NCBI RefSeq assembly: GCF_003966335.1
Contig: NZ_CP034549.1
Span: 1,320,001 to 1,352,000 of the forward strand
DNA from: Nonlabens ponticola
GTDB lineage: Bacteria; Bacteroidota; Bacteroidia; Flavobacteriales; Flavobacteriaceae
Reading direction: 5' to 3'
Length of the DNA stretch: 32,000 nucleotides
This document shows, piece after piece, positions 15,516 through 22,838 of the stretch; the first letter of the stretch is position 1; every line of letters begins with the position of its first letter. Position numbers and translations under genes: made by a program. Below the pieces are notes generated by a model. That model was not told the DNA's origin and ran no database searches. It saw nothing but the letters and a program-made list of their open reading frames with translations.

Positions 15516-16316
15516 ATGAAACCTATAAAAGAACTCAATCCACAATTTCTCGAGTCAAAAGAAAACAAACAACACCTAATTGATTACTTGTTAGGCGTTG
15601 CAGATAATTACTTAATATTAGGCCAAAGATTAGGAGAATTGTGCGGTCATGGGCCTAACCTCGAGCCTGATATTGCGATTACTAATATTTCATTGGATTT
15701 GCTAGGTCAAGTGCGTAGTTACTATCAATACATTGCACAGCTTAAAGGAGATAAAACTACCGAAGATGATATCGCATTTCTACGCAAAGAGCGTGAGTAC
15801 AAGAATGTCTTACTAGTTGAGCAACTTAATACTGACTTTGGTTACGTGATCGTTCGTCAGTATTTCTTTGATGTTTACAACAGATTGTTTTTGAACGCCT
15901 TACAACAAAGTGCAGATGAGACATTAAGAGCACTTGCTTTTAAAGGGATCAAAGAGGCTAGTTATCACGAGCGTTTTTCTGGTGATTGGTTAAAGCGATT
16001 TGGCGATGGTACAGAAGAAAGCCACAATCGAGTACAGCAAGCCGTCAACGACTTGTGGATTTATACAGATGAGCTTTTTCACAAAACAGATGCAGACAGA
16101 GCGATGATAGAGGCTGGCGTTGCACCAGACATGCTTCAATTGAAAGAGTATTACTATGAAAAAGTAGAAGAGCAGCTGCGCACCGCTACGCTTGATATTC
16201 CAGAAGTTGAGTATTTTCAAAAAGGCGGTAAACAAGGAATTCACAGCGAGCACATGGGACGCATCCTGGCTGAAATGCAGTACATGCAGAGAACTTATCC
16301 TAACTCGAGATGGTAA
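15516..16316 (+). CDS. paaC: 1,2-phenylacetyl-CoA epoxidase subunit PaaC
   Basis: 266 aa. LLGVADNYLILGQRLGELCGHGPNLEPDIA is typical of PaaC. The position in the cluster supports the call. Confidence 0.9.
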   Translation: MKPIKELNPQFLESKENKQHLIDYLLGVADNYLILGQRLGELCGHGPNLEPDIAITNISLDLLGQVRSYYQYIAQLKGDKTTEDDIAFLRKEREYKNVLLVEQLNTDFGYVIVRQYFFDVYNRLFLNALQQSADETLRALAFKGIKEASYHERFSGDWLKRFGDGTEESHNRVQQAVNDLWIYTDELFHKTDADRAMIEAGVAPDMLQLKEYYYEKVEEQLRTATLDIPEVEYFQKGGKQGIHSEHMGRILAEMQYMQRTYPNSRW

Positions 16317-16810
16317 AGCAGCAATTTGATATCGATCCTTTAATTCTAGAGATACTTGAAAGCGTAAAAGACCCAGAAATTCCAGTACTCAACGTCATCG
16401 ACCTTGGAGTCATAAGAGATGTTCAAGTTGAAGGTAATGAGATTAATATAAAACTAACACCTACTTACAGCGGCTGCCCTGCGATGGATGTCATTGGTGA
16501 TGACCTAGAACGAGCATTTAAGAAACATGGTTACACCACGCATGTACAGCTAATCATGAGTCCGCCGTGGACGACAGATTGGATTACAGAAAGAGGTCGC
16601 AAGGCTCTTGAAGAATACGGTATCGCCGCGCCGCTTGATGAGACGGCCGACAAGGACGTCTTGCTCAATGAGAAAAAGTTGGTCAAGTGCACCAATTGTG
16701 GCTCTCAAAACACAAAGCTGGTCAGCCAATTTGGTTCTACGGCCTGCAAGGCCATGTTCCAATGTCAAGATTGTCAAGAGCCATTTGACTACTTTAAGTG
16801 TTTAAAGTAA
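16310..16810 (+). CDS. paaD: Phenylacetate degradation protein PaaD (DUF59/SUF-like domain plus C-terminal Cys-rich zinc ribbon)
   Basis: 166 aa. It overlaps the paaC stop by 7 nt. It has the DPEIPVLNVIDLGVIRD and TPTYSGCPAM motifs and a CTNCGS...CQDCQEPF ribbon. Confidence 0.9.
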   Translation: MVKQQFDIDPLILEILESVKDPEIPVLNVIDLGVIRDVQVEGNEINIKLTPTYSGCPAMDVIGDDLERAFKKHGYTTHVQLIMSPPWTTDWITERGRKALEEYGIAAPLDETADKDVLLNEKKLVKCTNCGSQNTKLVSQFGSTACKAMFQCQDCQEPFDYFKCLK

Positions 16811-16830
16811 GTAGTAGATTTGAATGTTTT

Positions 16831-16846
16831 CGCTATCGCGAAAGCG
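16831..16846. repeat. PAL copy, CGCTATCGCGAAAGCG (1 mismatch), intergenic between paaD and paaG
   Basis: Read directly from the sequence. The flanks TTT...AAA extend the symmetry. Confidence 0.75.
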
Positions 16847-16914
16847 AAATTTTAAAAGTCATCAATTAAAATAATAACCTAAGTCGTTCTTTGGCGGCTT
16901 CTGAAACCAATAGA

Positions 16915-17694
16915 ATGTCCCAATCCATACAATTAGAAATCAATAACGGCATTGCCCAGATTACTTTAAATCGTCCGCAAGTTTTCAATTCTTTCAATAA
17001 AGAAATGGCTTTTGCCATGCAAGATGCTTTGGATCGCTGCAAGCAAGGTGACGTAAGAGCAGTGATGATTACTGGTAGTGGTAAGGCATTTTGCGCGGGT
17101 CAGGATATTCAGGAAATAACAGATCCAGAAAAGAATCCAGGTTTTGAAGCCATACTTGATGATCATTACAATCCTATAGTTACGCGCATACGTGATTTAG
17201 AAAAGCCTGTTGTTGCTGCCGTGAACGGTGTCGCAGCCGGTGCTGGTGCTAATATTGCACTGTGTTGTGACGTCGTCATTGCTACCAAGAGCGCTGCATT
17301 TATTCAAGCATTTTCAAAAATAGGATTGATTCCAGATAGTGCGGGTACGTACTTTTTGCCTAAGTTGATAGGTTTTGGAAAGGCTAGTGCGGTTATGATG
17401 CTAGCAGACAAAATCACTGCAACCGAGGCTGATCAAATGGGAATGATCTATAAAGCAGTAGAGGATGATGAGTTTTCAGCTTTCGCGAAAGCGGTAACCG
17501 AAAAGCTATCAAAACTACCTACCATCGCTCTCGCAAACACAAAGAAAGCCTTGAACGAGAGCATGTCAAACACAGTAGAACAGCAACTCGCTCTAGAATC
17601 TAAGCTACAAATCCAAAGCGCCAACACCGCAGATTATGAAGAAGGCGTCGCTGCATTTATGGAAAAAAGAAAGCCAGAATTCAAAGGCCAATAA
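16915..17694 (+). CDS. paaG: Crotonase-family 2-(1,2-epoxy-1,2-dihydrophenyl)acetyl-CoA isomerase PaaG
   Basis: The ORF is open from TTG 16891, and ATG 16915 (MSQSIQLEINNG) is the likely start. LNRPQVFNSFNKEM and GKAFCAGQD resemble PaaG. Confidence 0.85.
   Translation: MSQSIQLEINNGIAQITLNRPQVFNSFNKEMAFAMQDALDRCKQGDVRAVMITGSGKAFCAGQDIQEITDPEKNPGFEAILDDHYNPIVTRIRDLEKPVVAAVNGVAAGAGANIALCCDVVIATKSAAFIQAFSKIGLIPDSAGTYFLPKLIGFGKASAVMMLADKITATEADQMGMIYKAVEDDEFSAFAKAVTEKLSKLPTIALANTKKALNESMSNTVEQQLALESKLQIQSANTADYEEGVAAFMEKRKPEFKGQ
17479..17492. repeat. PAL copy, perfect 14 bp GCTTTCGCGAAAGC, inside paaG
   Basis: Read directly from the sequence. It is translated as A-F-A-K-A. Confidence 0.85.
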
Positions 17695-18705
17695 TTGGAT
17701 AGCTTAACCCAAATCGTATTAGGCGCCGCTACCGGCGAAGTTGTTTTAGGACGTAAAGTAGGCAACAAAGCCATGCTTTATGGAGCTATTGCCGGCACGA
17801 TTCCCGACCTAGATGTGCTTGTCAAAAACTTTACCGACACGATTACAGCTACAGAGGCTCATCGTGGATTAAGCCATTCCATTGTTTTTTGCGTGCTGGC
17901 AGCACCATTGCTAGGTTGGCTGGTCAATAAAATCGAGCGTAAAGCAAATCTAGGCTGGAAACCTTGGGCGTGGTTATTCTTTTGGGGTTTGTTCACGCAT
18001 CCTTTATTAGATGTGTTCACAACTTGGGGAACGCAGTTGTTCTGGCCATTTGACCTGCGACTTGCGTTCAATAGCATATTTGTGATTGATCCATTTTACA
18101 CGATTCCGTTTCTGGGTTGCGTGATTTGGGCGATGTTCTTGAATAGAAAGTCTGCTCAACGCAGGAAAGTCAACTGGGCAGGAATAATCTGGAGTTCTTG
18201 TTACCTACTTTTGACTTTAGTATTGAAATCAATAGTTCACGGCAAATTTGAAAAAGCGCTAGAAGATAAGGGATATTCCTATTCAGAAATATCTACCAGG
18301 CCAGCTGCATTCAACACGATCTTGTGGAATGGCAATGTAGATGCGCGCGATGCCTATCTCATAAGTGACTATTCTTTTTTTGATACGCAGCCTATCGAGT
18401 TTGAGAGATTCCCAAAAAATCGCGCTCAAGAACCCAACTATGAACCGCAGCAAGCACAAATCAATCTTAAAAGACTTATTGATATTTCGCAGGGTTGGTA
18501 TCTTATGGAACAAAAGAAAAACACCTGGTTTTTCTATGATTTAAGATTTGGCCGCATACCAGTGAGCGATAGTGAGCAGAATTTTGTTTTTGCTTATGAG
18601 CTGGATCAAACAAACGAAACCTTAATCGCAACAGAGACAGAGAAAGACTTTGACAATGTCGATTTTATTCTGGAAAAACTTTGGGAGCGTATCAAGGGCA
18701 ATTAA
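17695..18705 (+). CDS. YdjM/DUF457-like membrane-bound metal-dependent hydrolase
   Basis: 336 aa. The TTG start directly abuts the paaG stop. The N-terminus (M)DSLTQIVLGAATGEVVLG...GTIPDLD...HRGLSHS matches the YdjM-like family pattern. Confidence 0.8.
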   Translation: MDSLTQIVLGAATGEVVLGRKVGNKAMLYGAIAGTIPDLDVLVKNFTDTITATEAHRGLSHSIVFCVLAAPLLGWLVNKIERKANLGWKPWAWLFFWGLFTHPLLDVFTTWGTQLFWPFDLRLAFNSIFVIDPFYTIPFLGCVIWAMFLNRKSAQRRKVNWAGIIWSSCYLLLTLVLKSIVHGKFEKALEDKGYSYSEISTRPAAFNTILWNGNVDARDAYLISDYSFFDTQPIEFERFPKNRAQEPNYEPQQAQINLKRLIDISQGWYLMEQKKNTWFFYDLRFGRIPVSDSEQNFVFAYELDQTNETLIATETEKDFDNVDFILEKLWERIKGN

Positions 18706-18722
18706 AAACGATATAATAGTAT

Positions 18723-19943
18723 ATGAATATTCAAAAAGTAGGGATAGTTGGCGCAGGAACTATGGGTAGTGGTATCGCTCAAGTTGCCGCTACTGCAGGA
18801 TGTAGCGTCACACTCTTTGATGTGAATAGCGATCAACTAGTCACAGCGCAAGATTCTTTAGAAAGGATCCTGGCAAGATTGGTAGAGAAGAATCGGATTG
18901 ATAATGAAGAGAGAGATAGGATATTGGGTAATATCGCTTTCAAGGAGCTAGGCGACGCAGAAGTTCATGCCGAGCGCAGTCGAGGTACGAAAGCGGAATC
19001 AGAACTATCATCCTGCGATTTAATTATTGAGGCAATCGTTGAGAATCTTGAGGTCAAAAAGAAGGTTTTTCAGAATCTGGAGAAAATCGTGAACGACGAC
19101 TGCGTTATTGCTACCAACACATCTAGCCTAAGCGTGACCAGTATTGCAGCCTCGCTAGAAAAGCCAGAACGTTGTATTGGAATCCATTTTTTTAATCCAG
19201 CACCTTTGATGAAACTGGTTGAAGTAGTGCCAGCCGTGCAAACCAATACTGAGATCACTGAAGGAATAGTTGAAACTATCAAAAGTTGGGGTAAAACGGT
19301 TGCCGTCGCAAAGGATACACCAGGCTTTATCGTCAATAGAGTGGCACGACCATTCTATAGTGAATCGCTGCGCATGCTGGAAGAAGGCATGGCAGATGTA
19401 CCTACCATAGATAAACTGGTGCGTCAAATGGGATTCCGTATGGGGCCTTTTGAGCTGACAGATTTCATAGGCCATGATGTGAATTATGCTGTGACAGAAT
19501 CTGTTTTTGCGGCCTTTTACTATGATCCACGCTACAAGCCGTCATTAACTCAAAAGCGATTGGTTGAAGCTGGATGGTTAGGTAAAAAAAGGGGCAAAGG
19601 TTTTTACACCTATCAAGATGGAAAGAAACAGGAGCTAGATCACAATCCAGAAATGATCACTGGCGCAGATGGAAAAGCGATGCAAGACCGCTTGCTGGTC
19701 ATGCTCATCAATGAAGCTGCGGATGCACTTTATCTAAATATCGCCAGTGCTGAAGATCTAGACAATGCAATGACCAAAGGAGTAAATTACCCTAAAGGGC
19801 TACTCGCCTGGGCAGATGAGAAAGGACTGGACTGGTGTGTAAATCAGCTGGATGCTTTGTATGATTTCTATAGAGAAGACCGCTATCGCTGCTCGCCATT
19901 ATTGCGCAGCAAGGCAAGTAAGAAGGAAAGGTTTTTCGCATGA
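18723..19943 (+). CDS. paaH: 3-hydroxyacyl-CoA dehydrogenase PaaH, carrying an apparent 15-aa in-frame insertion
   Basis: 406 aa. It has the N-terminal Rossmann motif VGIVGAGTMGSGIAQ, IEAIVENLEVKKKVF and the HFFNPAP motif. The segment KELGDAEVHAERSRG looks inserted; see the finding. Confidence 0.9.
   Translation: MNIQKVGIVGAGTMGSGIAQVAATAGCSVTLFDVNSDQLVTAQDSLERILARLVEKNRIDNEERDRILGNIAFKELGDAEVHAERSRGTKAESELSSCDLIIEAIVENLEVKKKVFQNLEKIVNDDCVIATNTSSLSVTSIAASLEKPERCIGIHFFNPAPLMKLVEVVPAVQTNTEITEGIVETIKSWGKTVAVAKDTPGFIVNRVARPFYSESLRMLEEGMADVPTIDKLVRQMGFRMGPFELTDFIGHDVNYAVTESVFAAFYYDPRYKPSLTQKRLVEAGWLGKKRGKGFYTYQDGKKQELDHNPEMITGADGKAMQDRLLVMLINEAADALYLNIASAEDLDNAMTKGVNYPKGLLAWADEKGLDWCVNQLDALYDFYREDRYRCSPLLRSKASKKERFFA
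18934..18997. repeat. Split PAL copy: left half TCGCTTTC (18934-18941) and right half GAAAGCGGA (18989-18997), separated by 47 nt
   Basis: Read directly from the sequence. Removing 45 nt restores ATC GCT TTC (G/A)CG AAA GCG GAA, which reads I-A-F-A/T-K-A-E. Confidence 0.6.
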
Positions 19944-20347
19944 TGGATGGAAAAAGCATTCCCGCTAAAATGCTCTCTCTGGATCCTTTCTCGCAATGGC
20001 TGGGAATAGAAATATTGAGCGTTGAGGTAGGTCGCGTGAAACTGGGTTTGACCATACGACCAGAAATGCTCAACAGCATGGGCAAAGCTCATGGCGGTAT
20101 AACTTACTCGCTTGCCGACACGGCATTTGGATTCACCTCAAACACGCACGGTAAAAAAGCGGTCTCCATTGAGACCAGCATCAACCACATAGAAGCCCTA
20201 GAAGCTGGCGATTACATCACTGCAGAATGCACGCTGGATAAAACCAAAACCAAAGTTGGTTTCAATATCGTCGAGATCAAAAAAGACGATGAGTTGGTGG
20301 CGCTATTTAAGGGTGTGGTTTATAGGACTAATAAAGATTGGGAATAG
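19940..20347 (+). CDS. paaI: Hydroxyphenylacetyl-CoA thioesterase PaaI (hotdog fold)
   Basis: 135 aa. Its ATG overlaps the paaH stop (ATGA). GKAHGGITYSLADTAFG is typical of PaaI thioesterases. Confidence 0.88.
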   Translation: MMDGKSIPAKMLSLDPFSQWLGIEILSVEVGRVKLGLTIRPEMLNSMGKAHGGITYSLADTAFGFTSNTHGKKAVSIETSINHIEALEAGDYITAECTLDKTKTKVGFNIVEIKKDDELVALFKGVVYRTNKDWE

Positions 20348-20348
20348 T

Positions 20349-20368
20349 TTCGCTTTCGCGAAAGCGAA
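20349..20368. repeat. PAL copy, perfect 20 bp TTCGCTTTCGCGAAAGCGAA, directly after the paaI stop
   Basis: Read directly from the sequence. This is the longest perfect copy in the window. Confidence 0.92.
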
Positions 20369-20398
20369 CATGGTTTAGAATGATTGTTAAGTAGAAAT

Positions 20399-21496
20399 AT
20401 GGCAGAAAAGAAAATCACTTATTTATTTGGAGCAGGAGCTAGTTATTATGCGGTGCCTATTTTGAATGGCTTATCGGATAAGTTTCGATTGGTAGCCAAA
20501 GAATTAAAACAGTCGGTAAGTGCAGGCAGTAGGTATGGTAGCTTTGATACGAAACCCTATCGCAATACGATATTTGAATTCTCGAGAGATCTAGAACACC
20601 TCGCAGAAATGAGTGAACAGTATGGTACACTTGACACTTATGCTAAAAAGTTAGATTTGAATGCTGAAAACGAATCATTACAAAAACTCAAGTTTTTAGT
20701 CAGCATATTCTTCACTATATGGCAAGGGCATTTTCATAAGAAAGAGGTAATTGAAGAAAATAAAAATCAAAAGCTATTCTACAACGATATTGACTCGCGA
20801 TATAAAAGTTTAGTTGCAAACTATTTAATAAAAGCATCGAACGCTGCGCCTAAATTGGATAATAATGTGAGATTTTTAAGTTGGAACTATGATAACCAGT
20901 TAGAAAGTGCTTTTTCATTATTTTTTAAAAGCCGACTTAATTTAACAGAATTGAATGAGCAGATAAAATTTTTACCAAATAATGAAAGCAAATTTCAAAA
21001 TAACGAAATTCTCCATCTTAATGGTGTTTCCAATTTTTGGATCAACGACTCACAAATTTTAGATAGGATATTCCAGCAAGATGATGAGTTATCAAATAAT
21101 GGAATTGTACGAAGAATTGCAGAATTATATAATCCATCAAATTTCAGTAAATGTCTTAGCTTAATTAATTATGCTTGGGACGATAATTCTTCAAAACTGA
21201 AAGAAGCTACTAGAATTTTGAAGCAGACAGATATTCTCATTATTATAGGTTACTCTTTCCCTACTTTTAATAGAGCAATTGATTCAAAATTATTAAGTGG
21301 ACATGACAACACATTTGAAAAAATAATTTATCAAGATCCTAATGCGTCAGAAGAATTATTGGAATTGTTTCATATAAATTTCGTGGGAAAGAGTGATTTT
21401 AGAATTCTCAAACAGGTTGATCAGTTTCACATACCACCAGAATATTTTCCTCAAGGTCGGAAACGTAAAAGATCAATAAAAGCTCAAGGCTATTAA
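20399..21496 (+). CDS. Stand-alone SIR2-like (SIR2_2-type) domain protein of unknown function
   Basis: The ORF is open from TTG 20384, and ATG 20399 (MAEKKITYLFGAGAS) is the likely start. The motif order GAGAS ... WNYDNQLE ... LHLNG ... IIGYSF..N..D parallels the SIR2_2 signature GAGxS / TTNYDxxxE / KLHG / GYSxxD. The gene is very AT-rich. Confidence 0.6.
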   Translation: MAEKKITYLFGAGASYYAVPILNGLSDKFRLVAKELKQSVSAGSRYGSFDTKPYRNTIFEFSRDLEHLAEMSEQYGTLDTYAKKLDLNAENESLQKLKFLVSIFFTIWQGHFHKKEVIEENKNQKLFYNDIDSRYKSLVANYLIKASNAAPKLDNNVRFLSWNYDNQLESAFSLFFKSRLNLTELNEQIKFLPNNESKFQNNEILHLNGVSNFWINDSQILDRIFQQDDELSNNGIVRRIAELYNPSNFSKCLSLINYAWDDNSSKLKEATRILKQTDILIIIGYSFPTFNRAIDSKLLSGHDNTFEKIIYQDPNASEELLELFHINFVGKSDFRILKQVDQFHIPPEYFPQGRKRKRSIKAQGY

Positions 21497-21528
21497 TAAA
21501 GTCAAAGAGCATAAAGTATTATAACATT

Positions 21529-22740
21529 ATGAACACATACATAATAGACGGAATAAGAACACCGGTAGGTAACTACAAAGGAACCTTGTCAACGATACGG
21601 CCAGACGATCTTGCAGCTTATGTCATCAAAACCTTGGTTGAGAAACATCCAGAAATACCGCAAGAAGATTATGCAGATGTCATTATGGGCTGTGCTAATC
21701 AGGCAGGTGAGGACAATCGCAATGTCGCGCGCATGGCTGGATTACTGGCTGGATTACCTTACAGTGTTCCTGGAGAAACGGTAAATAGATTGTGCAGTTC
21801 TGGATTAAGCAGCATCGTACATGCGCACAGAGCAATTCAAACTGGCGATGGCGATATTTTTATATCAGGTGGTGTGGAAAACATGACTCGTGGACCGTTG
21901 GTAATTGCAAAACCAAGCAGTGCGTTTGGCACGGACGCTAAAATGTATGACAGCAGTTTTGGCTGGAGATTTGTCAACCAGAAAATGGCAGATATGTACG
22001 GCGTGGATGGCATGGGAAATACCGCCGAGAATCTGGTCGCCAAGTTTGATATATCACGTGAAGATCAAGATGCTTTTGCAGCATGGTCACAGCAAAAGGC
22101 GGCAGCCGCAAGAGAATCTGGTAGATTGGCTAAGGAAATTATCTCGGTTGAAATACCACAACGTAAAAAAGATCCTATCATATTCAAGGATGATGAGTTT
22201 ATCAAACCTACTACCACTAAAGAGGTATTGGCAAAACTGCGACCAGCCTTCAAAAAAGAAGGTGGATCTGTCACCGCAGGTAATTCCAGTGGACTTAACG
22301 ATGGTGCAGCAGCCACCATTGTTGCGAGTCAAGATGCGGTAGATAAATATGGTTTGAAACCACTCGCACGTATTTTAAGTAGTGCAGCAGTAGGCGTGGA
22401 GCCTAGAATTATGGGAATAGGTCCTGTAGAGGCCAGCAATCGTGCTCTCAAAAAAGCAGGTCTGACTATGGCTGACATGGATGTAATTGAACTTAACGAA
22501 GCTTTCGCTTCTCAAGCGCTGGCTTGTATTAGAGAATGGGGCTTGAAAGATGACGATCCTAGAATCAATCCTAATGGCGGTTCTATAGCGATAGGGCATC
22601 CACTAGGTATGACAGGAACAAGACTCGCTTTTACCGCAGCGTTGGAGTTATCGCTTTCGCGAAAGCGGTATGCTCTCATCACCATGTGTGTAGGCGTAGG
22701 TCAAGGTTACGCCATGGTTATAGAAAATGTTGCTCTTTAA
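21529..22740 (+). CDS. paaJ: 3-oxoadipyl-CoA / 3-oxo-5,6-dehydrosuberyl-CoA thiolase
   Basis: 403 aa. It has the thiolase motifs VNRLCSSGL (active-site Cys), NEAFASQ, GHPLGMTG and CVGVGQG. Confidence 0.92.
   Translation: MNTYIIDGIRTPVGNYKGTLSTIRPDDLAAYVIKTLVEKHPEIPQEDYADVIMGCANQAGEDNRNVARMAGLLAGLPYSVPGETVNRLCSSGLSSIVHAHRAIQTGDGDIFISGGVENMTRGPLVIAKPSSAFGTDAKMYDSSFGWRFVNQKMADMYGVDGMGNTAENLVAKFDISREDQDAFAAWSQQKAAAARESGRLAKEIISVEIPQRKKDPIIFKDDEFIKPTTTKEVLAKLRPAFKKEGGSVTAGNSSGLNDGAAATIVASQDAVDKYGLKPLARILSSAAVGVEPRIMGIGPVEASNRALKKAGLTMADMDVIELNEAFASQALACIREWGLKDDDPRINPNGGSIAIGHPLGMTGTRLAFTAALELSLSRKRYALITMCVGVGQGYAMVIENVAL
22652..22667. repeat. PAL copy, perfect 16 bp CGCTTTCGCGAAAGCG, inside paaJ
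   Basis: Read directly from the sequence. It is translated as L-S-R-K-R in a loop that is variable among thiolases. Confidence 0.9.
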
Positions 22741-22838
22741 TATATTCTCATTCTTGATAAGCAAATAAATTGCTTAATTCCTACAAATCTACATTCTGGT
22801 ATAGAGCTTGTTGCGTATTACCTTTTAGAATATAGCTT

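Noticed and set aside
18723-19943. paaH as a pseudogene disrupted by an insertion
   Set aside because: The reading frame is intact through the 45-nt insertion, and all recognisable motifs are present on both sides.
21905-22342. A 145-aa alternative-frame ORF and several antisense ORFs within paaJ. Similar cases lie within paaD (16550-16805), paaZ (27407-27939) and the otsA-otsB fusion.
   Set aside because: All overlap strongly supported CDSs and have arbitrary-looking translations.
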